DNA of 64,000 nucleotides from Botryllus schlosseri. Lineage: Eukaryota. The position numbers and the translations under genes are program-made. Below the pieces are notes generated by a model. That model saw only the letters and a program-made list of their open reading frames with translations, was not told where the DNA came from and did not search any database. Location of the stretch: the NCBI GenBank assembly GCA_051294905.1, contig CM119371.1, positions 32,552,001-32,616,000 on the forward strand. Reading direction: 5' to 3'. Position 1 is the first letter of the stretch, and each line of letters starts with the position of its first letter. Of the stretch, positions 13,205 to 27,190 are shown one piece after another.

Positions 13205-13733
13205 TTTCCCATTCCCATATCATACTCGTTGACGAAGCTTTCGGATACACTCATGACGATCCTGTCTGGCTCACAGCGCAGCGTAGGAACAGGGATCGTG
13301 CAAGTCTTCCCCAAATATGACCCGGACTGGGATCGAACCCACGACCTACCGCTCGAAAAGCCGGACGCATGACCATTACACTATCACGCTCGGTATGGAA
13401 AGAAAAGGACTTAGTTTATTTTTGTCCTTGATGTTTTTGCGGCATATACACCGACTCATGATACACATACACACGATATGCGCATATGCATACCATGAGT
13501 GGAAGATGTGCTTGTGCATATGGCGCTGGACAAGGACGGTGCAGATATAGCCTTGTGTGGCTTTCTAAGTCTCGCACCACCTCTCCATGCTATCCCATTA
13601 ATGCATGAGCGCCAAGCGAAGAAGTCGTGGATATCTGTTTTACTAATCAGGTCTTTGGTCTGACCCGTCCGCGGATCAAACCCACGGCCTGCCGATCAAG
13701 AAGCCGGACGCTTCGCCATTACGCTATCTTGTC
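13205..13733 (-). mobile_element. Two tRNA-headed SINE-like elements of a second type (heads about 13317-13394 and 13660-13733)
   Basis: Minus-strand A-box TAG(T/C)GTAATGG and B-box GGTTCGATCC-like motifs. Absent from the paralogous block near 32040-32060. Confidence 0.65.
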
Positions 13734-14747
13734 TTGGGAAACCTAATACATGCTATAACTCGGTCAGTGTATGAGAACGCAAAAATACAGGGAAGACACA
13801 TTATAACAGTGCTTTTAAACCTTTTGGGATACCAATTCGCCCTTTTTCTTGGATAATGAATTTCATTCGCTCAAATCAATCAAAAATTGGTATAGTTTGC
13901 CTGATGTCTTGGGAAATAAGCTCCAACACGATCACTGAGAGTAGGCACATTAGAGCTCGCTACCTTATGATACGTTTCTCAGATTAGTGTTTTGTTTTTA
14001 TTTTTCGATTTCCCATTCCCTGTCTCGCGAGGTAATGGGAAGAGCAAAGATCTACCCCTAGAAACTTAATAACAGTTCGAAAACCTTCAATAACCAACAA
14101 CCTGCTTCTTGGACCACTAGAAAAACCAGAGATTTTGTGGCATCACGCGACTCGAACCTCACACATGAAAAATATGGCATTATGGCAAACTACCGAACGT
14201 GAAGACCACAATTGTACGCAACGCGAAACATGTCTGACGCACGCGATTACGAATAGGTGCGATTTAAATTCCTCTGCTCGTCACTACTGTCTTCTCAGAT
14301 TGCAAGAACGGGACTATTAGGTGCAGTGCAGACTGCCGACAACGGAGCGTATCCATATCGCAGGCTTCTGCTATCCGATGACGGTCATTTTTGGCTAAGG
14401 TTTTGTCGCCGCTGATGTTTTGGCACCGCATTTTATCAGCGGTATGTTGGCCAAAACTTTACATCTTCATTGGCCCCGACATAGAAGGGGTTGTCCTCGA
14501 AATAAATGTGTCTCATAGGCCTGAACGCGCTCGTTGCACATCCCTACATTAGTTCATCTCAAGGTTATTCGGCCACGTCTTTCAGAAAACCAGTCGTAGA
14601 AATGCTATCATGAACTCGAACCATAGAACGCAGATTCTCATGATCAAGCCATATTTACTGCGTGTCTCAACAGTGACCTTTATGTAAAGACTATCGCAGG
14701 ATTTTTTTGCAATAAACTCGACAAATACTACATATATATCAATAGAT

Positions 14748-15410
14748 CAGTCGTTCCTTTTTGTCTTCGCGGACCCCTTTGAACCGTGATCGACCCCGCG
14801 GACCCCCTCTCGTTTTAGTTCAAATTTAGCTCATTTATCGTACAACCGTCATCTATCTTGTGCAAATATCAACTCAGGGCTAGTGATAAACCGCAACAAA
14901 ATGACCGTTCTTGAAAACAATATCATACTATATGTAGAAATATGGATATACTTTTTTTTTATTACGGAGGGACTTCTTTAGCTGTATTTCTTATTTCTTG
15001 AAATATGTGGTCGTGTCCTAAAAATTCCCGCCTTCGATTTCATATGAACCAGTGCCGAAAATGCATTTCCACAAAGGTAGCTGAAGGCGAATGTAATATT
15101 AACGACTGACGCTTCCGAAGACACCTTTGAGCACGATCGCAACATATATGCCATCAAAATTGAGAATCAAATTTTTAATGAAGTTATCACTTCCAGACTA
15201 GTCATTTCTATATATCAGCTAAACTTCAAGATATTCTGGAATAGGGGTCATGTATATCACAGGAGAATATGGATTCCCTGATGAGGTTTTAATCTCTTTT
15301 TTTAGATGAAATAAAAAATACTCTTTTTAACAGACCTCAACAAAACATCTTTAAACAGCAATATATTTGTATCAGTAGGCTATTGGCAACTTGGAAATTG
15401 AAATGAGTTC
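14748..15410. mobile_element. Partial hAT MITE, same family as 11829..13093
   Basis: Starts CAGTCGTTCCTTTTTGTCTTCGCGGACCCC. Body similar to 44717-45120. Right end not resolved. Confidence 0.6.
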
Positions 15411-15863
15411 ACACCAGGGGCGTCAAACCTACGGCCCGAGAAGCCATTCCCAGTAGATTGAAAAATATATGTATTATCCAGCACATTGGTCACAAATGTT
15501 GATTTGCTTGGAAGAAAATACTTCCGTTAAATATTCCCCCACGGCAGCAAATGTTGAAAATGTTCGTAGGAAACATTATATTCACCAGACTATGGTGTTT
15601 TGGTGTCACACTTGTTACCACTATAGGAACAAATCAGTGACATTGACACCCAATTTCGAAAAGGCAAAAAGTGCACACATGATTTGAGTTTTATGGAATA
15701 ATGTGCCAAAAAGTAGTTATTCACACAAGCGAAAACCACTATGCTGAGCCGTTATATGAGGTTTACATGGATAATATATTATTTACACAAAAATATAATT
15801 CGGATATCGGTGCATTGTTGCGCTGCAGTATCATTTCTGACTCGGAACTAAGTCGCCGGAACG

Positions 15864-16015
15864 CAGGGCTGTGGAGTCGGTAAATTTCACCACCGACTCC
15901 AACTCCGACTCCGACTCCGACTCCTGAGTCTTTAAACGTACCGATCCCGTCTCCGGCTCCGACCCCGACTCCTGAGTCTTTTAAAATACTGACTCGTACT
16001 CCAACCCCGACTCCA
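15864..16015. mobile_element. End of a GACTCC-repeat hAT-type MITE
   Basis: CAGGGCTGTGGAGTCGG followed by (GACTCC)n arrays. Confidence 0.6.
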
Positions 16016-16319
16016 ACAGTATTACCAATTTGTCGAAATGTTGAGTTATAGAGACGGTGCCAGAGGACAAATGCATCATGACATTGTAATAGCTGTCGCG
16101 TTATAATTTAACAGCTTGCAGCCATTTGCATGCCACAACCACAGGTATAGAATATTTTAGAATGCAACAAGGATGGATCTGATATCAGAGCATTTGAGCA
16201 GTGTAGCCTGATCCGCGTGTCGGCATAATCCTTGTATATATAGGTTATCGGACACGTCATTGCCAAAGTCAAATGAAATCACCGTTCGAATATTGAAAGA
16301 GATCAACAACAACCTAAAC

Positions 16320-17874
16320 CAGCGGTTCTCAACCTTTTTGGACATGCGCCCCCCTTGGGGATGGTCGAAAATATTGCGCCCCCCTGACCCCCACCCCTAC
16401 ACTTTTCTTCATGTCAAAAAGAGAACATCATCTAATACAAAGGTAGGCAACCTTTTTGCTAATCATGGCCCATTTCGATTACTTATGAAGCATGAGGCAG
16501 CATTCCAGGGCATAGCCGTAATAAACTAACTGGACGCGAAATACCTATGTTAATCTGTCCATATCCATTGCCGGTGAACTACGGAGTCCGGACGACTATA
16601 CTTAAAGCCTTTTTCGTACGTACCGAAATCGCGAGTCGCAATGGTATGAATAGATGCTGGGGTTGCATATTGTCGCGCGGACCGCGAAAAATTTTCAGAT
16701 TCACGAATGAATTCCGTAATTAATAGTAGCATATGACATATTATTATCAAATATTTATCCTCTCCTAGCCCATGTGATCAGATACACTGGTAGGGATCAT
16801 TGAGAGAGTGCTTTTGAAAATTTAGGGCAAGTTATAAATGATAATGCATCTTCGGGTGGGCCAAATGTTATTAGTTACTTGGTTGCATGCTGTTATTTCT
16901 TGACCCCCGATTAGGATTGTCGATTGTATCGGTAGTGGAAATAAATTAAAATCGCCCAAATGTACCATAAACAAATTCCTTTCGTGCGGAACGCACGATT
17001 CCGATTCTGGCCAAGAGTGAGGAGCGCGCTACTATATTAAAATCGAAAAATTAGGTTATGCTGAATTGCGCGGAGTGTGAAGAAAATTTCAAGATCAATT
17101 AGAATCTCTCAAAAATTTTGGAGTGAATTCGTAATTTCAATTTGCATGTCAACGGATGCCAACACATACTAATTGAATTAGGTGTCGACGGCCGCACAAA
17201 TTCCCGTCTACAGCAACAGGTCGCTCTTCCCTGATCTAATAGTATACATATGGTATGTGTTACGCCAAGTTTGAATCCGCATTCCAGTTGTTGAGTCTTT
17301 AACATTTCTGACAAATTTCCCCAAACTTGTTTGAAAATAGCAAAAAAAAAATTGAACAGGACATCAAATTATTTCAAGGTAGGTTGCACTGAGAAATCCT
17401 AATGCTGGTAGTGACTACAGAGAGCACGACATCGTTCTGTACTGACATGCTAAATTTGATCCGTTTTGGAATTGAATAAATTGTGTTTATTTAGGGTAGC
17501 TTAATTGAGGGCGAAATCGGGCCACTTATATTGCATCTAAATCTGTGTTAGGCAGTGCAGTTCGCCAATTATTAACAATAGCTAACCAGCGCACCGAACT
17601 TTAGGCTACTGCGACGCTATGAAGTAATGAATGACTTACACGTGGGAATTGCTCTCAATTTTCAAAGAATATCAATAATTTGCTCAAATGAAGTTGAAAT
17701 CAGCCCATACTCCGATGAGCGCGAAGGCTGGGGTTAGAATTTGGTGAGATTTCTTGAATACGGAATAAGTTTCATCTTTAAAAATCCTCTTCTCAGAATG
17801 ATTGTGATACACATTTTTATCAGAATTCATACACACGTAGTTAATTTGTCGCGCCCCCAGGTTGAGAACCCCTG
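16320..17874. mobile_element. hAT MITE with nested element
   Basis: TIR CAGCGGTTCTCAACCT...AGGTTGAGAACCCCTG. Perfect TSD ACCTAAAC. Confidence 0.9.
16438..17233. mobile_element. Charlie-like hAT MITE nested in 16320..17874
   Basis: Degenerate TIRs, perfect TSD ATCTAATA. Relatives at 53201..56330 and 43130..43320. Confidence 0.82.
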
Positions 17875-19723
17875 ACCTAAACATAATAATTGTGTCATTG
17901 TAACATAAATGTTCAATCGCCGAAGAATCCATTAGTGTTACAGCCGTGGAGCGTACCCCACTCACCTTTAATTGACGATAATGTTATGGATAAAGGTACA
18001 CAACGCTCCATGATGGCACTAACTAAACATCAGGGGAGAAACAATATGCCAATGGTTGCCACAGCGACCTGCTGAAATAGGTAAACGCTACACAACTCAA
18101 GCTACGACCTTTTCATATGTAACTATTCTCCCCGATTTTTGATAGTATGTTGCGTCCGTGATAGTACCAATGCACGGCGTTTCGAGTCACCAGTCCTTCT
18201 CTGAGTGTAACGTTTGACCCGACTCAACTCATTTTATCAACTCGTCAGTCCGAGCTCGAGTAATTTAAAGAAAGGTCGCGCCCAAGACCAAATCACAATT
18301 TTCAGTCACGAATCATCAACGGGTCATGTTTTATTATCATGATCAGGTAATCAATGTTCCCTCTAATTGAGGGTTATTTATTTTTGTGACTCAAATTCTA
18401 GACAATCCTTAGCGCCCACTAACGGATTTCAAAATGAGGTACGAGCACATTGTAGGTCAATATGACGTCTCACTAGCAAAGCTTTGCCTATCGACCAGAG
18501 GTAGTCACGATCCCGTTCAAGAGTATGTGTTTGTGTGTTGTAAGTTGTAACCAGGACCAAAATCACATTTTATCACCCCTACCGGCCAAATAAACACTGA
18601 TCTAGGGCCCGCCATAGGCTAATCTATGCAACTTTTGGGAGATTACTATATGCATCCGATTTCTATATGCATCCGGTAGCTAAATTCCCAATATGACTTC
18701 TGTCAATAATATTGCTATTCCATATATTACTATATAGTTTTGATCCTCTTTCCATCCACATGATAAGCGAGTTAGCGTTTCTGTTGGAGGATGATGACTT
18801 CTAAAATGCAGGAAGCGTAATTGTACATTGTTAACTCATATTCACGTCAAACCGATAAGATTATTTATCAGCCAGATGGTGGTGCGCACCACAGAGCTAT
18901 ATAAACACCACGCATCCGGTGGTTTCCAAACTTTTGTGGTGGCGACTCCCTTTCCAATTTCAAAATGTTCCGTGGCGCAGCTCAACATAGTTGATCAGCT
19001 GAATCTTAAAAATAAAAGTTCAGCACCTTTCCCAGACTTACTTGTGGCCTGTTCCGAAAGCTGATTATGTTCAACATCTTCGCGAACCCCAGAACAAAGG
19101 TTTTCAATTCAGAAATAAAATGTGTGCCAGTTAAATATTGTTGAATACTTGAAAACCCAAAATGCCGAGTCAGGTCGCGTGTTTGAGACCACTGGCATAT
19201 GGCATATACCCTGATTCCCTCCATAGAAATTTCAATGTGGAACATAGGTGTTTGCTGCATATCGATCCACAAAATGTATTTTATTTTTTAAACCGGTACG
19301 CAGAACAAAAAGGATTCCCGAACCATTCTCTAATGCAGAGGTGGCCAACCTTTGTTCGCCAAAGGACCATACGGGATTTAAGAACCACTGAGCAGGACAT
19401 TTGAATATTGATGACCTTTTTTGTCGTCCGATAGAAGCGAGCCGAATTAGGTGACGTTAAAAACAAGACTTACATTACTACACATTAAAATTGCTCCAAT
19501 TATGACATGTAAGCTTTGTATGCAACTGTGCAGTGTGAAACTGTGCATTCATGACCTGGTCACGTGAAGCGCGAAAATATTTCATAGGTAATGCATGAAT
19601 TCTATCTATAAATATGTTTCTTGCATATATTGGGGGTCGCCTCTGTATACCACTAGGGTCATTTGGCAAGGACAGGATAATTCGGCGTTTAGACATAGCA
19701 ATATCGAATGTTTCGGTGAACAT

Positions 19724-21330
19724 TAGGGTTGTCCATATTTGGATAATCTCGCAAATCCTGCGTATCCATGTCTCATTCTATAGATCATTGATAAATAAAC
19801 GTCGATGAGCCTGCAATAAACTCACAGGAAAGTCGTTAAGATTTGTCTAAATGCGTTTGAAAGTGGCTGCCACAGAGTGGGGGTACCAGCGACCAGAGAA
19901 CTGCGGGAGGACTAGTAATCATGAAATCACGGCGCTTGATTGGGTAAGCGGCTATGCTTGAATGATTACGACGGTGGCGGCTTGCTGATCAGCTGTTCGA
20001 GGAGTTTGCTAGCGGCGGTGAATCTGTAAGCGCATTGTAGGTTGGTCCGCAGACGATGATTTGAGATTGATTCGGGATATGTTTAGTAACATATTTCATA
20101 ACGAACAAAAGACAGCTGGTTCACAAAAACGTTTGAAACATGACTGGCTTATTGTGAAGGTAACCGTTGTAGTCTGTGTACCTTGCTTTCATCGAGGGAA
20201 AGCACTGAAACACACAAAGAAACATTGCAATGGCACTTATGCAAGTAGCGAACTAATTTCTAGTTTAAGAAGGGATGTACCATCATTAATTACAAATATA
20301 AATCTTAACAGTGATCATACTTTGTCTGATCTTATTAGGCTCTGGTCGTGGTATATAATTTAAGTCTTGAATGCTCTACGGTGGGCTGAATGGTCCGTTT
20401 ATGCGTGGCAGCTGTCCGATTCTTACAGCATATTGAATCTACCCGTAAGTGCTGTCAAAGTCGTCAATCATACCACAGAAGGAGATCTAAAGGTATGCAC
20501 AGGCTATGCGGGCAGGGTCAGCAAAACTACAGTTTGCTTGTAGAGCTTAGCCTCTCCCAAATGAATCATAGATCATCATTGGCTGCATCACACCTAATAT
20601 TTGAATCAAACCAGATATGAATATATAAATGCATTTAATCGATGCGGTAGTTACACTTCTTCAGAGTTCCAGTGTAAGCTACCTGATCGGTCCACATATC
20701 ATCTTATAAGCATACAGGATTGTGCCCCGCAGCATCCATCTCACATGCTGTGCTGCACCAGTTTGGCGATGGCTAATACTTTACCTGCACCCAGGAAAGC
20801 AGGAGGACTCGGCGTAATCGCAAGCATATCAGACTAGATGCTTTTCGGATTTATACTCACTTCTACAAGTTCACAATCATTCGCCGTTACACCTCGGCCA
20901 TGTCTGCAGTAGGCTATTGCTGCTATAAACCTATCGTAACCGTAACCGACTTTTAAACTAAAACATTAAATCACCAGGTGTCACATATTATTGTTAAATC
21001 ACCAACCTACAATGCCCTTACAGAATCATCGCCGTTAGCAAACTTCTTTAATGAGTAGAAGCACGTAATCAGCAAATTGCTGCGGTCGTGATCATTCAAG
21101 CATAACTGATTAACCAATCATGAGCCGCGATTTCGTGATTACTAGTCTTCTCGCCGTTCTATGGTCGCTGGCACGCCCACTCTACAGCAGCTACTTTCAA
21201 ACGCATTTAGACAAATCTCGACTTTTATGTGATCTTATTGCTGGCTCATTGACGTTTTTTTATCAATAATCTATAGAATGAGACATGGATACGCAGCATT
21301 TGTGAGATTTCCAAATTATGGACAACCCTA
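19724..21330. mobile_element. Long-TIR non-autonomous DNA element
   Basis: About 320-bp imperfect TIRs (19724-20046 and 21001-21330) starting TAGGGTTGTCCATA. Perfect TSD GTGAACAT. Confidence 0.92.
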
Positions 21331-21686
21331 GTGAACATGCCTTCATCATTTTGTGCAAATGTTTCATCGCCGACGATCTCGCTGCGAGCACACGAGCGAA
21401 GTCACATGTTGTACGAGGCATTGTCTCCTAATTGCGAATATAGTTGGACTCAATTCTGTAAATTACGCGTGTTTATAATTTTCAGGAGGGACCCCAATAT
21501 AAATCGACTGACAATAAATCATGCGAAGAAAATTTCAAGTCAAAAATATCTGCTGCATGATATTATATACTTTATGGTCAATTGGTCATATACGAATATC
21601 TGCGATAAATGTGGCTGGCCCCTTACTACGCCACCGCGTCGGAACTGATCTTTTAGTCATCATCATATTTCGCGGTCAGGCTAATT

Positions 21687-22110
21687 CAGTGGTTCTCAGC
21701 CGGTGTGTCGCGGCACACTAGTGTGCCATTTACGTCTCGCAAGTGTGCCGCGAGAGATTTATGCGAACATTTTGAAATTATGCTACTAGAATTGTAAAAT
21801 AATATTTGGTTTCAAAGCTGCGGAGGAATTGACAATGATTCCCGGGTCAAATCATATCCTTCGTAGACGTATTTGAGACATGTCCGCAGATATAGAAGAT
21901 ACCGTAATTTCTTCTTTGAGGCCGAGCAAATCCTACTTGAGTGCTCCGAAAAGGTAGAAGTACTTCTTCAGATACCCCTTCCGTACGACTGTGGGTGCTG
22001 CTAAGCATTCTGGTACTTTTCAGGTGCCGTAAGCCAAAAAATTGTGAGAACCAAGTGTGCCGCGAACTATTTTTCATTTTCAAAGGGTTTCAAAACGTTG
22101 AGAACCACTG
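21687..22110 (+). mobile_element. Buster-type hAT MITE, derivative of the 27267..29905 family
   Basis: TIR CAGTGGTTCTCA...TGAGAACCACTG. TSD GGCTAATT/GGCTAACT. Confidence 0.88.
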
Positions 22111-22345
22111 GGCTAACTAAATATTGGTTGGCCTTGCAATTTACCTGATGTTATAACTAATTACGAGAATTACCTCGCGGGTCACATTTGGCCCGTGGGC
22201 CACGAGTTGACCGCCCCGACTCTATTATATACTTGTGTTGTGTGCTATGCGTCCTTCGACTGCTGGTACCTTCATCCTATTTACAAACTCTCGACTTAGC
22301 AATGACCTTAGACTTCCCCAAATTGAGAAAACATGTACTGTACAG

Positions 22346-24165
22346 TAGGGTTATGACTAGAAAAAAATTCAAAATCTTGTGTGTCCTGTAGTCACAAACG
22401 ATGAACTTTTGTGTCCTGATTTCGAAATTAACAAAACTTGAGACTGGTTAAACGAAAACCTCTCCCACAAAATTTTTCCAGTTTTCACTGTATTAGGCTT
22501 TTTTATAGACACAGACTATATAATAGATATAACGACTGATTTGAATTTAACTGATCCAATTTTGATTACGAAGATTTAAAATAGTATTTTGGTAAATTTT
22601 GATCGCTCATATTGAATTATTCCTATCGTTTTCTTGCTTGCAGTAAAAATTAAATAATTAATCAATAATTATTAATTTCGATTTTAGATCTAGAGACTGT
22701 ATCGATCGTATAATTTCAATTTATCTGACACAAATCGAACTGGTGGATCGAAAAGGCGAAAGTAGAACAACTTAACATATTCTCAGCGATCTTTAAAACC
22801 GATTAGACTGAGGAATATGGTGAAAATTTGAAAATGTCTTATCATATGTGACTCAGCATCTGTTGATACTGGGCGGCGGAATGGCGTTGTTGTGACACTT
22901 CAAATTGCAATGATGAGCAATAATTTTCATAAACCACAATACATCGGTTGCCAACATAATACTATCGATTCTTAAAGCATATATCAGATTTCTTCAATCC
23001 AACATCCTCAACAAATCCAACTGTCGGATACAATTTTGGGGATGATATGGGAAAACACTACGAAAACTTGGTACAATCCATCAAGCCAGAATTTCAAATG
23101 AAAATATTAGAAATCCGAGGATGGAGGGATGATTTTAAGTTTATCTATGTGCTGTGCAGAGCATGCCGCTCTTTCAGAGAAAATAGTAGATACCACTAAT
23201 CAAAGGGCATAAACTTTCCATCTCTACGCAATGGGAGATGGAGCTCAAGGCCTATAATTCCGTTCTTCCAAGTCCCCAGATGGAGAGTAACTCTTGAGAT
23301 ATCATGTTTATTCCTCGCAAATGCGTGTCAGGAATCCTGATATTCTAACTAGATGTCTATAGATAGAATATACTGGAGCCCAACCGTTTGTCGGTTCGTC
23401 GATAATATCGGGACGATATCACACTTTGAAAGAATTATCGGTAACGGCCATTGAAGATGAAAAATTATCGGCAATTTTCGTGACGTCACAACATGGCGGT
23501 AGGAATTCCGAAAACTATAATCTTTGACCGCTACACTGAAAATATTGATATATGACACATAGCTTACAGGTGTCCAGGTGTAGCCTTTCTAGTTTATTTC
23601 ATGCTCAAATATGACAATGGCTGTAAGCATGTTCAAATAAATGCTCTGAAGCTTTGAAAATGTGCTAATGTATATTCAACTTCCTTCGAATATCGGCTGA
23701 ATGTATTGCGGTTCTTGGTCAAGGTGTAAGATATCGGTTATATCGGTATCGACCTAAAAATCCAATATCGGTCGGGATCTAGGGTAGCCTATACCAAAAT
23801 TTATTTACTGCTATTTTGCGCTCGAATGTCCTGCAACGATAAAGTGCCTTAAAATCCCATTGGAAGTCGGATATTTCCGTTGTAGATGTCCCTGACACTA
23901 ACATAATAACAGAAAGGGAAGTCAAATTGATGGATGAACTTTACCAGAATTACAAAAGGACATATATATGAAGATTAAATTTGTAGCAAAGAATACCTAT
24001 AAATTGTAAATTTTTTCTATATTTGTACCAGTGTCGAAAATTGAAGTTAGTTTGTTCGGGACATTCTTTTCGATTTGAACAAAATGATTATAATATCATT
24101 AATTTATACCAAAATGCTCATTAATTCCTGCTACAGGCAATTTTTTTCTTCTAGTCACAACGCTA
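22346..24165 (+). mobile_element. Decayed hAT (hATm-like) transposon
   Basis: TIR TAGGGTTATGACTAGAA...TTCTAGTCACAACGCTA. TSD CTGTACAG/CTGTACTT. Absent from the paralogous flank near 975-990. Contains a transposase relic and a CCGATA-repeat MITE (about 23374-23781). Confidence 0.8.
22841..23270 (+). pseudogene. hATm-like transposase relic
   Basis: Fragments IICDSASVDTGRRNGVVVTLQ...KPQYIGCQHNTID, GWRDDFKFIY and PSLRNGRWSSR resemble the DTTxxNTG, CxxH and ARW motifs. Stops and frameshifts present. Confidence 0.75.
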
Positions 24166-24670
24166 CTGTACTTACATGCACCAAATGGGATACAAAAGTG
24201 TGCTATGACTTAAATTAGAATTTAGTAAGTACATTTACTGTGACCTCATTTTACGCTCAGCTTTGGTCATTAGTGTATAGCACGCATGATACGACACGTA
24301 TCCTTAAGTTAGATTCTTCAAGAACATGTTTCCACAAATATTGCAATGACATCACAATGACAAATATCTGTAACGGGAGTAGCTTGACACAATACGTCAT
24401 TAGGAACAGAAAAAACTCTTACATGGTATAGTGTTGTAAGAAGTGTCCAAGCGAAGCATTCCTCAATTTTTATTCCAATCTTGTGAAATTTCCAAAGGGT
24501 CAATTAGCAGGATTATTTAATTGAGATGGACTATCCACAATATCCTGATTTCAAAAACACAGATATTTAGTACGAAGCCAGCTAATAGAACACATATCTG
24601 TAAAAAACTTCCGTCTGTAGTTGATCACTCTCGATACAACCGCTGCTGCAGCGACTTCATTAATTACATT

Positions 24671-24800
24671 TCAGTCAGGATTTTTGACGCCTGAATGCAC
24701 ATTCATATGATGCTTGAGGTCGCCCTTCGTAGTAAATGTTTTCCAACATCACATTACATTACATCACATTCATGATTTTTGGTGGGAGCATGTAAGTACT
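24671..24800 (-). pseudogene. Dead terminal finger of ZF2
   Basis: A 4-nt and an 11-nt insertion. Remnant reads HAPTKNHECDV...KTFTTKGDLKHHMNVHSGVKNPD* (TGA 24671-24673). Confidence 0.85.
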
Positions 24801-25573
24801 TGCATGTGACGCTTGAGATCACCCTTCTTCTTAAATACTTCCCCACATACTTCACATTCATAATGCTTAATGTAAGCATGTCCATCCACATGACGCTTGA
24901 GGTTACTTCTATGCGAGAATGATTTGCCACATATATCACATTCATAATTTTTGATGCTAGCATGTATATTCATATGATAACCGAGGTTACCCTTCTGGGT
25001 GAATGCTTTCCCACATATATCACATTCATGATTTTTTATGCCAGCGTGCATGTCCATATGAAGCTTGAGGTCAGTCTTCCATGTGAATGCTTTATCACAT
25101 ACATGGCATTTATGATTTCGGATGCCAGTATGTATATTCATATGCCGCTTGAGGTAACCCATCCTAGTAAATGCTTTCCCACATACAGTGCACCCATGAT
25201 TTTCAATGCCACAATGCACATCCATATGACTCTTGAGCTCGCCCTTCGTGGTAAATGCTTTCCCGCATACATCACATTCATGATTTGTGATGCTAGCATG
25301 AATATCCATATGACACTTGAGGTGCGCCTTCCTAGTAAATGCTTTCCCACATACATCACATTTCTGATTTTTGATGCCAGCATGTATGTCTATATGACGT
25401 CTGAAGTTATTCTTTAGAGTGAATGCTCTGCCACATACATCACATCTATGATTTTTCATGGGAACACGCACGTGCGTATGAATCTTGTCAATTTTCTGAG
25501 AAGACTCTTTCCTGGAAATATCGTTTGGGCGATCTTTCAAGTCCTGATCAACAATTGATTTTTCAGATTCCAT
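24770..25573 (-). CDS. ZF2: C2H2 zinc-finger protein, 267 aa from MESEK, 7 intact fingers, 8th broken by a frameshift
   Basis: Same finger and linker consensus as ZF1 and ZF3. Start placed at the ATG shared by all paralogs, although the ORF is open to 25672. Could be a young pseudogene. Confidence 0.85.
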   Translation of the reverse strand: MESEKSIVDQDLKDRPNDISRKESSQKIDKIHTHVRVPMKNHRCDVCGRAFTLKNNFRRHIDIHAGIKNQKCDVCGKAFTRKAHLKCHMDIHASITNHECDVCGKAFTTKGELKSHMDVHCGIENHGCTVCGKAFTRMGYLKRHMNIHTGIRNHKCHVCDKAFTWKTDLKLHMDMHAGIKNHECDICGKAFTQKGNLGYHMNIHASIKNYECDICGKSFSHRSNLKRHVDGHAYIKHYECEVCGEVFKKKGDLKRHMQVLTCSHQKS

Positions 25574-25987
25574 GTCGGTCTTTTTGTGGAAATGATCATA
25601 GGAGATCCACATAACGTTTTTATTTATTACACTGAAGATAATATATGATTCCAAGTTCAACGTGTTTAACATACATTTTTAACAGATTGTCTTACCACAT
25701 GAAACTTACTCTCCCTCCTGATACTCATCAGGGAAATCGTCAGCAACCGGAAGTGAATTGGATGGAACAATGTATCACCAAATATGAGGTCACATGCATG
25801 AAATTTCAAGGAATTGGGACGAAAAGACCGTTTAAGCTCAATGTACGGTTATTAGATAAAAGACGAAATCCTTTTGCTGGCACAAACTAGCTTAGCGTAT
25901 TTTGACGAAAGTCGACTCATAGGAACAAAGAATAATGAGTGACCAGCCTCTCGCGACAAGTGACGAATTCGACGAAATAGTAGTATG

Positions 25988-26491
25988 TAGGCTTACCATA
26001 TTTTGGAAATCAAAAAAGAGGACACTTTTTCAGAAATTTGCAACTTGCAAAACCGGAGTGAAATTCTCAATAATCGGTTAATTTTTCCCACTTTGTGACT
26101 AAAAAAAAAAGGTCACCTCTTGTGCTCAGAACTCAAAATACCGTTTTAGTCCCCACATTGCCAGGTGGATGACTAAAAAAAAAAAAAAAGGTCATCTCCT
26201 CCGCTCAGATCTCAAAATAACGTTTTTTACTCCACATCGCCAGGTAGATGACTAAAAAAAAAAAGGTCATCTTTTCGCTCAGAGCTAAAATCACCGTTTT
26301 TCACCCGTCGGAGCTTCACTTCTGTGCTAATATGTGGCATATCACTCGCAATTTGCTCTAAATCTGCTCTAAATCCTAAAAAAGAGGACAACATCTCAAA
26401 AAAGAGGACAAAAGGGCGTCCTCCGAGGACACTTTCAAAAAAGTCAAAAAAGAGGACAAATCCTCTTAAAAGAGGACGTATGGTAAGCCTA
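25988..26491 (-). mobile_element. hAT MITE, same family as 7054..7480, inverted
   Basis: TIR TAGGCTTACCATA. TSD GTAGTATG/GCAGTATG. Three internal ~75-bp GACTA(n)GGTCA repeats versus two in the other copies. Confidence 0.9.
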
Positions 26492-26799
26492 GCAGTATGA
26501 TACCAATTGCCTAATTGCATATGATCTCACAAACATTAAAGAATTGGCATGTCAAAAGAACGGAGTTTAAATTTTGAACCTCAATGTCCCGCGTGTACGC
26601 TGGTGCAGACGACGTATCACCACAACAGTCTCAATACAACTACTGAAAAAGGCTCAATACGGTTGCCCTATTTTCGTAGACAAAGATCTGCACGCTCACT
26701 ATATCTTGTCAATATGACGTCACACCAGCAATGCTTTGCCTAACCTTTACATTTCGGAGTCTATTTCTGAACATAGTGTCGTGAATTCATTAGGACTAG

Positions 26800-27190
26800 G
26801 CTATTGCTCACTTGTCAGAGCCCCAAAACGAGCGCAATATGGGCCGAACTCGATACACCAAATGTCGAGAATGATCAGTGGCACCAGTATAACCACCCAA
26901 TTTCAGTCTGGTCACCATATAACGAACAATTCGGTGATATTGACCCCTCATTTTTTAATGTTTTCGAATACACGGAGAGAAGTGCACTCGCGTATCTTTG
27001 TTACCTACTGACAATCTACAATTCTATATGGGTGTTACGTTCTCAGTCACAGAAACGCTTGCCAGTTCCAAGAGTCAAAACATCAATCTACGGCGAAACT
27101 TTTCTTCATCAGCCGCCATCCTGTGGAACAAAACCGTTTTATTTACACGAGCGTTCGAACCACAGTAGTGTTTATTCTGCATTACAACTA
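26800..27190 (+). pseudogene. 3' fragment of a CR1/L2-type LINE ORF2
   Basis: LRSQSQKRLPVPRVKTSIYGETF followed, after a frameshift, by SAAILWNK, like the C-terminal LxVPRxxTxYGxxxF...LWN motif. Confidence 0.65.

Larger units (their letters stand above)
9984..14747 (+). repeat. Segmental-duplication block upstream of ZF1, paralogous to 30187..33120
   Basis: Colinear at roughly 85% by eye once insertions 11829..13093 and about 13150..13733 are removed. Confidence 0.9.
19336..22219. mobile_element. Charlie-like hAT element carrying two nested insertions
   Basis: CAGAGGTGGCCAAC...GTTGACCGCCCCGA. Degenerate TSD CTCTAATG/CTCTATAT. Flanks rejoin to match 748-960. Interior related (inverted) to 33990-34270. 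Confidence 0.75.
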
